21,289 nucleotides of DNA from Elusimicrobiota bacterium. GTDB taxonomy: Bacteria; CG03; SLGR01; JAGXOG01. Of the stretch, positions 7,635 through 16,632 are shown piece after piece. The position numbers and the translations under genes are program-made. Location: positions 1-21,289 of the forward strand of contig JBNJDT010000023.1 in assembly GCA_051745145.1 (NCBI GenBank). Direction: 5' to 3'. The stretch's first letter is position 1, and each line of letters starts with the position of its first letter. Below the pieces are notes generated by a model. That model was given only the letters and a program-made list of their open reading frames with translations, had not been told where the DNA came from and searched no databases.

Positions 7635-9857
7635 ATGCCTGAAATTGTTGTAAAAAAGAAAGCGGAAATTTTAAAAAGATATATAGTCGGAGATGAGCCG
7701 ATAAATGTTGGTCGAATAAAAGAAAATGATATTTTTGTTGACGATGAAGCAGTTTCCGAAGAACATTGTGTAATAAAAAAGCGCGGTGATAAGTTAGTAG
7801 TTGAAGATTTAAATACGGCGTTCGGAACTCAGGTAAACGGAACTCCGATAAGAAAAGAAGATGTAGGGGTTGGGGATGAGATTAAGATAGGGGAACATGT
7901 CCTGAAAATTGACCCCCTGGAAGAAAAACCGGAACAGACAAAAGCCTATTTACTGGGGATCCAGGGTAAAATGGAGGGCCGGGAATTTGAATTAGAGCCC
8001 GAAGAAACTAAGATAGGCCGGTCCGAAGAATTTAATAATGTCTGGATCTCAAAAAAGATAGATAAAAGTGTATCCAGAAGACATGCTACGATAACCCGTG
8101 AAGATGATAAATTTATTTTGGAGGACAGAAGAAGTAAAAACCGGACTTTTGTAAATCAGAAACAGGTCAACGAAGACGATAAAGTTAATCTGGTGGAAAA
8201 TGATGAAATATTAATTGGAAAAAGTATATTTAGATTTGTAAAAGGTAAAGATAATTTTAACTGGAAGCCCCCCAAAAAAGCGGGGGTATTTTGGGTTAGA
8301 AAATTATCTTTATTCAGAAAAATAGCTGCTGTTTTATTAGTATTTATTTCGTTATTTTGTATATATGTAGGAGTAACCGGTATATTAACTATAAATGAAC
8401 AGCCGGCTGAAGTTACTTTAGATAATCAAAACTGGCAGCCTGAAGAATTTGCCCCCACTGAAGAGGGCTATCTTATCGATGTGAAACTTGATGTTATTCC
8501 TTCGCCTACAATAGGAGATATAAACGGCGATGGGACCGCAGACATTGTTATGGCCGATGCAGAGGGCAATGTTTATGCCTGGTCGGGTATAGGCAGCAAC
8601 CTTTTATGGAAAGAGGAGCTGGGGGGGCGTAAATTAACCTCTCCCACACTGGCCGATATAAATAATAACGGAATTTTGGAAGTTGTAGTAGGGGCGGATA
8701 ATTCCCGGGTTTACATACTGGATGGTGCTACCGGAGATTTTCTGTACAGAAGTGATTTTATAGGCGGCGATGTTCTGCCGGGTTCTTCTATTCTTGTAGT
8801 AGATTTAGACGGAAATGAAATAAAAGATTTGGTGACTGTTACTGATGATAACGTAATTACTATCCAGTATTCACCGGTAATAGGAAATAAAGAACCATTT
8901 TACTTTACAGCGCCCGAGAGGATTATGTCTTCACCGGTTTTAATAAAAAATCCGGAAGAGGAAGACAAAGTGGCTGTTCCTACCAATGGAGGCCAGATTT
9001 ATTTTTTTGAGGCAAGTAATCCGGATAACAGGGAAGTTGTGGACGTGACTCAAAAGATTAATATGCTCGAAGGTACCAATTTAGTCTTAAATGAAATAAA
9101 TACCATACCGGCAGTATATGATCTAAATGGAGACGGCGTGGAAGATATGGTATTTGCCACCAGCGGGTATTATGTTGTTGCTTTAGACGGTAAAGATTAT
9201 TCGCTGCTCTGGGTTAATGAGATTGAACCCTATTCTACAAGTCCCGAGCCTTTAAGACATTCCTCACCGGTTATAAGTGATTTTACCGGAAATGGCAAAC
9301 CGGATGTGGCCCTGGGCTGGGCAAACGGAAAAGTTATAGCTATAGACGGTTCTGAAGGCGAGACTCTATGGGAATACGAATTAGAGGAAGAGGTCAGGAT
9401 AATATCTTCTCCTGCGCTGGCCGATTTGAATAAAGACAGTACAATGGATATAATTATTGGTGATGAAACCGGCAGAATTTATGTTTTTAACGGTAAATCA
9501 GGTGATGTAGATCGTACATTAAATAATAAAAAAAGTTTGAATTCGGGAATAACTTCAACGCCTATTATAGGAGATATAAATGCTGACGGTTATTTAGAAA
9601 TGTTAATTACTTCAATAAATAATGAAATTCATAAATTTAGTTTACCCACCAGGGTTTTTAAAAATAGTCTTGAATGGCCGAGTTTTAGAAAGGACGCCCG
9701 TAACAGCGGAACTAAGTTTTTTATAGATGAAGTGCCCGCTTATCAGTTTTTGACTGGCGGGGGAGGTGTAGTGCTGATAGGGGTTTTTTTAGTAGCCAGT
9801 CTTCTCAAGAAGAAAAAAGCTGCTAAAAGACCGGAAATTATAGACGGAAGAAGTTAA
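7635..9857 (+). CDS. Dual-FHA membrane protein with extracytoplasmic FG-GAP/PQQ-like beta-propeller and a second C-terminal TM helix
   Basis: RBS GAAGGAG upstream. FHA1: VGR...VSEEH...EDLNTAFGTQVNG. FHA2: IGR...VSRRHA...EDRRSKNRTFVN. TM helix IAAVLLVFISLFCIYVGV. Seven Ca-binding-type motifs (DINGDG, DINNNG, DLDGNE, DLNGDG, DFTGNG, DLNKDS, DINADG). C-terminal TM GVVLIGVFLVASLL followed by KKKK. Confidence 0.88.
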   Translation: MPEIVVKKKAEILKRYIVGDEPINVGRIKENDIFVDDEAVSEEHCVIKKRGDKLVVEDLNTAFGTQVNGTPIRKEDVGVGDEIKIGEHVLKIDPLEEKPEQTKAYLLGIQGKMEGREFELEPEETKIGRSEEFNNVWISKKIDKSVSRRHATITREDDKFILEDRRSKNRTFVNQKQVNEDDKVNLVENDEILIGKSIFRFVKGKDNFNWKPPKKAGVFWVRKLSLFRKIAAVLLVFISLFCIYVGVTGILTINEQPAEVTLDNQNWQPEEFAPTEEGYLIDVKLDVIPSPTIGDINGDGTADIVMADAEGNVYAWSGIGSNLLWKEELGGRKLTSPTLADINNNGILEVVVGADNSRVYILDGATGDFLYRSDFIGGDVLPGSSILVVDLDGNEIKDLVTVTDDNVITIQYSPVIGNKEPFYFTAPERIMSSPVLIKNPEEEDKVAVPTNGGQIYFFEASNPDNREVVDVTQKINMLEGTNLVLNEINTIPAVYDLNGDGVEDMVFATSGYYVVALDGKDYSLLWVNEIEPYSTSPEPLRHSSPVISDFTGNGKPDVALGWANGKVIAIDGSEGETLWEYELEEEVRIISSPALADLNKDSTMDIIIGDETGRIYVFNGKSGDVDRTLNNKKSLNSGITSTPIIGDINADGYLEMLITSINNEIHKFSLPTRVFKNSLEWPSFRKDARNSGTKFFIDEVPAYQFLTGGGGVVLIGVFLVASLLKKKKAAKRPEIIDGRS

Positions 9858-9858
9858 A

Positions 9859-11382
9859 ATGAAAATTGAATATATTGCTAAAACTGACGTAGGGAAACAG
9901 AGAGGGCATAATGAGGATGCATACGGGACTTATCCGAAGGAAAATCTCTTTTTTGTCTGTGATGGTATGGGGGGGCATGCAGCGGGGGATTATGCCAGCC
10001 AGAAGGTTGTAGAAACTGTTAAAGATGTTATGAAGAGATTTCCTTCGTCGGATCTTGAAGAATTAATTGTAGATGAACCGGAGGATGTTCCTTTTCCCGG
10101 CCGGAAAGTTGCCTCTATGGCGATGCTGGCAAACAGGTATTTATTTAAACTGGCAATCATGTATCCCGATCTTAGAGGAATGGGAAATACTTTTACCTCT
10201 GTAAAATTTGAAAAAAATTATGTAAATGTCGTGAATGTCGGGGACAGCCGGGTATATAGATTGAGAGATTCTAAATTAACTCAACTTTCAGTTGATCATT
10301 CCTGGATGGAAGAAATGCTCCAGGACGGGGAATTACATGAACAGGAAGCAGATCATTTTGAAAAGGATAATGTCATAACCAGAGCTATGGGGACGGATGC
10401 TGAAATAAAAATTGACTGGAAAGGCTGTGCTATTAAAAAAGATGACATATATCTGCTCTGTTCTGATGGTTTAAACGGGGAAATAGAAGATGAAGTTATA
10501 TCCCGGGTATTAAATGAAAATAAAGGGGATTTACAGAAAGCGGCTGATGAACTTATAAATGCGGCGAATGATGCCGGAGGTTCAGATAATATAACAGTCA
10601 TTCTTGCAAAAGTTACCGGTGAAGTAGAAGGGGAGCCTTCAACGGTACTATTGGATGAGATAAAGGAAATTAAACATCCTGAAGAAAAACTGAAAAAGAT
10701 AGATTCTTATATAGAAAAAGAATTTCCCCCGAAAAAGACAAAGGTACCTGACGGAGTTGAAAAAAAGAAGAAAAAGTTTTATGAGAACCCCGTTATAAGC
10801 GGTCTGCTTATCTTTGCCCTAATTCTGGGAGTGACAGTGTTGATAAATAAACCGTTTAGCGATAAAGGAGGGGAGACTGCGACTTTAGAAGAGAGGGGGT
10901 TGGGAGATGTTGTTATAAGAACTACTCCCTCCGGTTCTCAGGTTTCACTTTATTCCGGCGGGGAATTAGTTAAACGCCGGAGCGCGCCGGCTGATTTTCC
11001 GGCTATTGAAAAGGGGGAATATAAAGTAGAAATTGAGAAATCCGGATACGAGAAAAAAACATTAAATATTAATTTGGAAAGTGGAGAGCGAGAGAGAAAG
11101 GAGATTGTCCTTACGCCCCTGGCTACGTTAAATCTCACTGCAGATGTTTCACACGGCTTTGACCCTTCAGAAAAGGTATATATAGACGGGGAACCCTGGG
11201 AATATTACGGGTCTCCTCTTAAAGTTAAGCAGATAGGCATGGTAGGTAAAAAAATGAGTTTAAATAGATCGGATGATCACACAATATCTGTTGGGTCGTC
11301 CGAAAGAGCCATTAGTATTTCTGAAAATGTGGACCAGATTAATGTATTGCTTAAGGGTGGTAAGATAATTATAGAAAGGTGA
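9859..11382 (+). CDS. Membrane-anchored PP2C (Stp1/PrpC-type) Ser/Thr phosphatase with extracytoplasmic PEGA domain
   Basis: Motifs TDVGKQRGHNED, VCDGMGGHAAG, NVGDSRVY, DHS, NVITRAMG, LLCSDGL, GGSDNIT. TM helix VISGLLIFALILGVTVLI. PEGA IRTTPSGSQVSL...GEYKVEIEKSGYE. Confidence 0.93.
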   Translation: MKIEYIAKTDVGKQRGHNEDAYGTYPKENLFFVCDGMGGHAAGDYASQKVVETVKDVMKRFPSSDLEELIVDEPEDVPFPGRKVASMAMLANRYLFKLAIMYPDLRGMGNTFTSVKFEKNYVNVVNVGDSRVYRLRDSKLTQLSVDHSWMEEMLQDGELHEQEADHFEKDNVITRAMGTDAEIKIDWKGCAIKKDDIYLLCSDGLNGEIEDEVISRVLNENKGDLQKAADELINAANDAGGSDNITVILAKVTGEVEGEPSTVLLDEIKEIKHPEEKLKKIDSYIEKEFPPKKTKVPDGVEKKKKKFYENPVISGLLIFALILGVTVLINKPFSDKGGETATLEERGLGDVVIRTTPSGSQVSLYSGGELVKRRSAPADFPAIEKGEYKVEIEKSGYEKKTLNINLESGERERKEIVLTPLATLNLTADVSHGFDPSEKVYIDGEPWEYYGSPLKVKQIGMVGKKMSLNRSDDHTISVGSSERAISISENVDQINVLLKGGKIIIER

Positions 11383-13301
11383 TGAAAATGAAAATTAAAG
11401 TGTATAAAATAATATTGGCGGGGCTAATGTTACTGGTATACGGTTGTGGCCCAAAATATGTTTCTCCGGTTCCCAAAGCTAACGAATACTTTAAACAGGG
11501 GATGGAGTATTATGATGCAGAAGAATACAATAGGGCAATGACTAAATTCATACAGGCATTATCAGAAGATCCGGGGCACAAGACTGCTAAAGAATACAGA
11601 GATAAATCTCAGGACAGGCTCAGAGAACAAATAAGAGCCGAGCAGGCCGCTCGCAAAGAGAGGCTGCGCCGCCAGCGGGAAAATCAGGAATTAGTTAAAC
11701 AGTTGAGAAAAGATCTTGAAGAGGCCTACGAACAAGAAGAGTGGATCCGGGCGGAAGCGGCAGCAAGTGAAATTTTAGAATACTATCCAAATGACGAAGA
11801 GGTACAGCTTTATCTGGAAGAAGTACAGGATAATATAGAAAAGAGGAATATGGAACAGGAAGTAGATGGAATTCTAAAAGAAGCTGAGGCCTTGAGAGGC
11901 CAGGGTAATTTTGAAGAAGCTTTGAGTAAAGTTGAAGAAGTTCTTACCCATTTCCCTGCAAATCAGGAAGCTAGAGAACTGGAGACAAGTTTAAAACAGG
12001 AAATTGAAAGAAAGAAAGCGGAAGCGAATAGACAGGAGCTCTTTGATGAACAGAGAGCTGAGAATATGTATGAGAGGGCCTTGAATTTTATGGAGTCTGA
12101 GGATTATGTCGAAACCATACTTCTTTTAGAAGATGTTAATAAACTTATACCCGGTTATAAACAGAGCGAACAATTTTTACAGAAATCCAAGGAGAAACTT
12201 CAGGAACAGACTGAAAATGCAGTTGTAGATTCTTTACTGCACAGGGCAGTTGAAAGCGAATACAAAGAGGCAATTGAAAAATATCTGGAAAGAGAGTTTA
12301 GAGCGGCACTTAGGGAATTTGAGAATATTGCTGATTATGTACGTCTGGATAGAGCTATCCGGTATCATGACCTTTTAAAAGAGAGATTGGAAAGAATGGA
12401 AGACAGAGACCAGGCTGAAAATTATTATCTGGATGCCCGGCAGGAGTATATGGACGAAAATATGAGAGAAGCCAATAAAAAACTCAATGAGGCACTGGAT
12501 TTATATCCCAATTTTCCCGAGGCAAGATATTATAAGAAGGAAGTGGAGAATATACTAGATAAGGAATCCCGGGTCGGAGAATTTTTATCTGCCGCCCAGG
12601 ATGAATTTAATAAAAATAATTATGCAGATGCTCTGACTCACGCAATTAAAGTTTTTGAAGTAGATAAAAACAATACCCGGGCCAAAGATATGGTTAAAAA
12701 ATGTGCCGCCAAGCTGGCAGGCACTCAAAATGTTGAAGATAGTGAACTGGATAATTTTGAGCAGAGTGCCGATAAAGCGTATTCCAATGAAAATTATAAA
12801 GAGGCAGTTCAAAACTGGGCAAAAATGCTGCTCATAGAGCCAAATGATAAAAGTGCTGTAGAAGATATAAAACACACTACAAATGTAATAGCGGAAATTA
12901 GGAGGCAGGAGCGGCTTGAAGCACAACGCAGAAACCAGCGTGAGGCCGCCAGACAGAAAAGACAGAGAATAGATAATTATCTGGATCAGGCTGCAGAATT
13001 ACAAAAGCAGGGTAAGCATCAGAAAGCTATTGAAGTTTGGGAAAAAGTTCTTAGTGAAGAGCCAGAACACCAGGAGGCCAAGCAGGGTATTGAAACTTCA
13101 AAAGCTGCTCTCGAAGAAGAAATCCCCGATGGAGTGGATGAAAAAAGAATCGAAGAAATGTATCGAGAGGGTTTAATCTTATACAGCGAGGGAAGGTATA
13201 ATGATGCTATAAGTCAATGGCAGAGAGTTCTTAATTTAGCACCTGAACACGAAAGGGCAAAGCAGAATATCAAATCCGCTCGGGAAAAACTTGAAAATTA
13301 A
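11379..13301 (+). CDS. TPR-repeat / coiled-coil lipoprotein
   Basis: Basic N-terminus, hydrophobic stretch, lipobox-like LVYG-C. Many TPR-like helix pairs (YFKQGMEYY..EEYNRAM..F..AL..DP; YREGLILYSEGRYNDAISQWQRVLNLAPEH) linked by charged helices. The true start may be ATG 11382 or 11388. Confidence 0.85.
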   Translation: MMKMKIKVYKIILAGLMLLVYGCGPKYVSPVPKANEYFKQGMEYYDAEEYNRAMTKFIQALSEDPGHKTAKEYRDKSQDRLREQIRAEQAARKERLRRQRENQELVKQLRKDLEEAYEQEEWIRAEAAASEILEYYPNDEEVQLYLEEVQDNIEKRNMEQEVDGILKEAEALRGQGNFEEALSKVEEVLTHFPANQEARELETSLKQEIERKKAEANRQELFDEQRAENMYERALNFMESEDYVETILLLEDVNKLIPGYKQSEQFLQKSKEKLQEQTENAVVDSLLHRAVESEYKEAIEKYLEREFRAALREFENIADYVRLDRAIRYHDLLKERLERMEDRDQAENYYLDARQEYMDENMREANKKLNEALDLYPNFPEARYYKKEVENILDKESRVGEFLSAAQDEFNKNNYADALTHAIKVFEVDKNNTRAKDMVKKCAAKLAGTQNVEDSELDNFEQSADKAYSNENYKEAVQNWAKMLLIEPNDKSAVEDIKHTTNVIAEIRRQERLEAQRRNQREAARQKRQRIDNYLDQAAELQKQGKHQKAIEVWEKVLSEEPEHQEAKQGIETSKAALEEEIPDGVDEKRIEEMYREGLILYSEGRYNDAISQWQRVLNLAPEHERAKQNIKSAREKLEN

Positions 13302-13319
13302 TAAAAAAAAGTAAAGATA

Positions 13320-14783
13320 ATGCGTTTCAGTTATCGTTTTGAACTTTCAATTGTTCTTACTTCTATAATATGGGTATCTTTTGCTTTTGGAAGTTTTTTA
13401 ACCTACCGTAGTCTGCAATATGAAACTTTATCTCATCATTCAGATAACAGAGTAAATTTTATTAATGTACTAAAAGAAGCTTCAGACTGGATAGACCCCG
13501 AAATACACCGGCAGCTAGCGACAGAGCCGCCGGGTGAATTAGCGAATAATAAGAATTACAAAAAATACACTGAAAATTTAAAAAAATTACAGCTGGCCAA
13601 TCAGAATATAAGAGTTGTATACACTGCTGTTAAGAATAATGACGATTTAAAGTATGTATTGAAAACATCCACCGAAGATATAGTTCTGGATAAATTTGAT
13701 GGTAGATTGGAAAAAGCTTTTCGGGGGAATGAAGTTATGGATTACGGGGAGGATAAAGAGATAATTACGGCTTATGTCCCTTTAGTATCCGGAGAAAACG
13801 AGCAGGTTTTAGGTGTTCTCGGGGGTGTATTAAAATTTTCTCCAGTTATTAATTCTTCTCCTCCTGTTACCCGTAATTTAATTTTATTTTTTTTACTTTT
13901 TAGCGTTCCGTTTTCTATTTTGGTAGGTACAGTTGTCTCCGGCTGGGTTACCGGGCCGATAAAACATCTTACATACGTTGCTAAGAAAATAGGGGAAGGG
14001 AATTATAAAGTAAAAGCTCAGGTAAACCGATCAGATGAAGTTGGAATACTGGCTCAGGTTTTAAACCGGGTGCGAAAAAAACTGGATTCTTTTCAAAAAG
14101 AGATGGAATTAAAAGTTAAAGAGAGAACTAATTCCTTAAAAGCTATGTTTAAAGAAGCCGTTTCTGCCAGAGAAAAGAATCGAATTGTAACTGAACTTCA
14201 CGATACTCTGGGACAGATTTTTGCTTCGCTCAATGTAAAGTTAGATTTAACATTGAAATTAATAGATGATAATAATGATAAAGTCGTTGAACAGCTAAAA
14301 GAAATGCAAAAAATTACGGGCAGGGGAACAGACCTGGCCCGCCGGATAATATCTAACCTGGACAGCAGTCTTAAAGAAGGCCATGAACTGGAACAGGTTT
14401 TAAACAAATTTTTAAATAAATTCACTTCTGATACTCCTATAAGTTATAAACTCAATGTCCGGGTATCTTCAACTTTGCCTATTGTATGCCGAACGGCTGT
14501 TTATCATATAGTTACAGAAGCTACTAACAATATGGGAAAGCATTCTCAGGCCACTGAGTTTGAAGTATCCATCGAAGAATCAGATAATAAAATTAAAATT
14601 AATATAGAGGATAACGGCTGCGGATTTGATAGGGATAAAGTTTTAAAAAATCTAAAAAATAATAGAAAATACGGGTTGAGAAGCATGAGAAAAAAAGCCA
14701 AAGAATTAGGGGGAACTTTTAAAGTTTTTGCTTCTGTTGGAGAAGGCTGTAGGATACAGATAACTTTGCCGTTAAAAAAATGA
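13320..14783 (+). CDS. Membrane sensor histidine kinase (periplasmic sensor, HAMP, HisKA_3, HATPase_c; NarX/DegS-like class)
   Basis: Two TM helices. HAMP: VTGPIKHLT..AKKIGEGNY...RSDEVGILAQVLN. H-box RIVTELHDTLGQ. N-box EATNNMGKHSQA. G1 DNGCGFD. G2 YGLRSM. Confidence 0.93.
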   Translation: MRFSYRFELSIVLTSIIWVSFAFGSFLTYRSLQYETLSHHSDNRVNFINVLKEASDWIDPEIHRQLATEPPGELANNKNYKKYTENLKKLQLANQNIRVVYTAVKNNDDLKYVLKTSTEDIVLDKFDGRLEKAFRGNEVMDYGEDKEIITAYVPLVSGENEQVLGVLGGVLKFSPVINSSPPVTRNLILFFLLFSVPFSILVGTVVSGWVTGPIKHLTYVAKKIGEGNYKVKAQVNRSDEVGILAQVLNRVRKKLDSFQKEMELKVKERTNSLKAMFKEAVSAREKNRIVTELHDTLGQIFASLNVKLDLTLKLIDDNNDKVVEQLKEMQKITGRGTDLARRIISNLDSSLKEGHELEQVLNKFLNKFTSDTPISYKLNVRVSSTLPIVCRTAVYHIVTEATNNMGKHSQATEFEVSIEESDNKIKINIEDNGCGFDRDKVLKNLKNNRKYGLRSMRKKAKELGGTFKVFASVGEGCRIQITLPLKK

Positions 14784-15442
14784 CTGACAAAAAAATAGAG
14801 TTAGTAATAGCTGATGATCACCAGTTATTTAGACAGGGACTGAAAAGTTTACTTGAAATGGAAGAAAAAGTTAAGATAGTAGGAGAGGCTAAAACCGGAA
14901 ATGAAGCGGTTAAATTAGTTAATGAGAAAGACCCCGATGTAGTGCTAATGGATATAAAAATGCCCCAGTTGAATGGGATTGAGGCCACTCGCAAGATAAA
15001 AGAAGATCATCCGGATGTTCATGTACTTATGCTTACGGTTTTCGACGACGAGTCCCATATTTTAAACGCTATTCAGGCCGGTGCCAGCGGTTATTTTTTA
15101 AAAGCCCGGCCCATAAGTGAATTAACCGGGGTAATCGAGAAAGCTTATGAGGGGAAGATAGATCTTTCCGCTAAAGTTACTACCGGTTTAATAAGAGGTT
15201 TTCAAAAAAATAAACTCAGTGCAATGGAAAATTATAATCTGACTAAGAGAGAATTAGATGTTTTGAAAATTGTAGTTCTGGGAAAGACAAATAAAGAGAT
15301 TTCCGAAGAGCTACATATTGCCGTTCAAACGGTAAAGAATTATCTGTCAAGTATGTATAGGAAATTTGATGTTGACAACCGGACCCAGCTGGTTCACAAA
15401 GCTGCTGAATCCGGTATAATAGATGCTGTGGATAATGTGTAA
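14780..15442 (+). CDS. NarL/FixJ-family (REC plus LuxR HTH) response regulator
   Basis: Motifs IADDH, phospho-acceptor VLMDIKMP, LTVFDD, GYFLK. HTH LTKRELDVL...GKTNKEISEELHIAVQTVKNY. ATGA overlap with the kinase stop. Confidence 0.95.
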   Translation: MTDKKIELVIADDHQLFRQGLKSLLEMEEKVKIVGEAKTGNEAVKLVNEKDPDVVLMDIKMPQLNGIEATRKIKEDHPDVHVLMLTVFDDESHILNAIQAGASGYFLKARPISELTGVIEKAYEGKIDLSAKVTTGLIRGFQKNKLSAMENYNLTKRELDVLKIVVLGKTNKEISEELHIAVQTVKNYLSSMYRKFDVDNRTQLVHKAAESGIIDAVDNV

Positions 15443-15494
15443 TAAGTTATTATTGAGTAATATTAAAATTTAATAATTTGAAAGGAGAATTAAT

Positions 15495-16592
15495 ATGGAA
15501 GAAGAAAAATTTGTTCAGGATCACAATGTAGATCTTGGACCGTTAAATAAATTAATGTTAAATGACAGGATATCGGATGTTTTAGTTAACGGCTGCGAAG
15601 ATGTTTTTGTGGAAAAAGAAGGGCGTCTCTATCAGACGGATGTCAGTTTTGACACTGAAGAACAGCTTATGGAAGTAATTGAGAATATACTCAGACCATT
15701 GGGTAAGAGAGTCAGTGAAGAAAATCCTATGTGTGACGGACGTTTGCCCGACGGATCCAGGGTGAATATAGTTATTCCCCCGATAACTCTCGAAGGCGCT
15801 ATGATAAGTATAAGAAAGTTTACTAAGAAGAAACTGACTATGACGGACCTTTTGAGATTTAATTCGATAAGTGAAAAAATGGCGAAATTTTTAAAACTGA
15901 GTGTTGTAGCCCGGAAAAATATAATTGTATCCGGGGGTACCGGTTCAGGTAAGACAACTTTATTAAATATTTTAAGTAGTTTTATTCCCGAAGGCGCCAG
16001 AATAATAACTATTGAAGATGCTGCCGAACTTCAGCTCCACAAAGACCATATCGGCCGTCTTGAGAGCCGTCCGCCGGATATAGACGGCAAAGGGGAAATT
16101 AAAATAAGGCATTTAGTTATAAATGCATTGAGAATGCGTCCGGATAGAATAATTGTAGGGGAATGCCGTGGAGGAGAGGCTTTAGATATGCTTCAGGCTA
16201 TGAATACAGGCCATGACGGATCCCTTACTACTATACATGCCAACGCTCCCCGGGATATGCTTAATAGGCTGGAGACTATGGTTTTAATGGCGGGTATGGA
16301 TCTACCCACAAAGGCTATAAGAGATCAGATTATGGGGGCGGTAGATCTAATAGTGCATGTTTCCAGGTATCCGGGAGGTTCCAGAAAAGTGAATTCAATC
16401 ATGGAAGTTACAGGTATGGAAGGCAATGTTATTACTATGGCGGAAATTTTCAAATTTAAACAGACCGGAATAGAGAAAGGACAGAAAGTAGTAGGAGAAT
16501 TTAAACCCACCGGGGTAATACCCACATATTTAAATGATATGAGAGAACTGGGTATGGATGTGGATATGGGTATATTTAAGAAAAAGAAATAA
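15495..16592 (+). CDS. cpaF: CpaF/TadA-family pilus-assembly/secretion ATPase (short N-terminus)
   Basis: RBS AAAGGAG. Motifs LGPL...ISDVLVNG, DGRLPDGSRVN, SIRKF, Walker A GGTGSGKTT, Asp box IEDAAEL, ALRMRPDRIIVGECRGGEA, His box MNTGHDGSLTTIHAN. Confidence 0.92.
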   Translation: MEEEKFVQDHNVDLGPLNKLMLNDRISDVLVNGCEDVFVEKEGRLYQTDVSFDTEEQLMEVIENILRPLGKRVSEENPMCDGRLPDGSRVNIVIPPITLEGAMISIRKFTKKKLTMTDLLRFNSISEKMAKFLKLSVVARKNIIVSGGTGSGKTTLLNILSSFIPEGARIITIEDAAELQLHKDHIGRLESRPPDIDGKGEIKIRHLVINALRMRPDRIIVGECRGGEALDMLQAMNTGHDGSLTTIHANAPRDMLNRLETMVLMAGMDLPTKAIRDQIMGAVDLIVHVSRYPGGSRKVNSIMEVTGMEGNVITMAEIFKFKQTGIEKGQKVVGEFKPTGVIPTYLNDMRELGMDVDMGIFKKKK

Positions 16593-16598
16593 GTTTTC

Positions 16599-16627
16599 TT
16601 GACAAAGATAAAAAACTTTGGTATTAA
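16599..16627 (+). promoter_or_regulatory. Predicted sigma70 promoter of the trp operon
   Basis: Perfect TTGACA (16599-16604), 17-nt spacer ending TGG (extended -10 TGn), then TATTAA (16622-16627, 4/6 match). Confidence 0.6.
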
Positions 16628-16632
16628 AAAAT

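Noticed and set aside
2927..13301. Type VI secretion locus, suggested by the kinase/PP2C/FHA triad
   Set aside because: No tssB/C, hcp, vgrG, clpV or tssJLM-like genes are present in the window.
15443..15494. TTATTA/TAATAA inverted repeat upstream of cpaF as an operator or terminator
   Set aside because: It is almost pure A/T in an AT-rich spacer, with no GC stem. Not distinguishable from chance.
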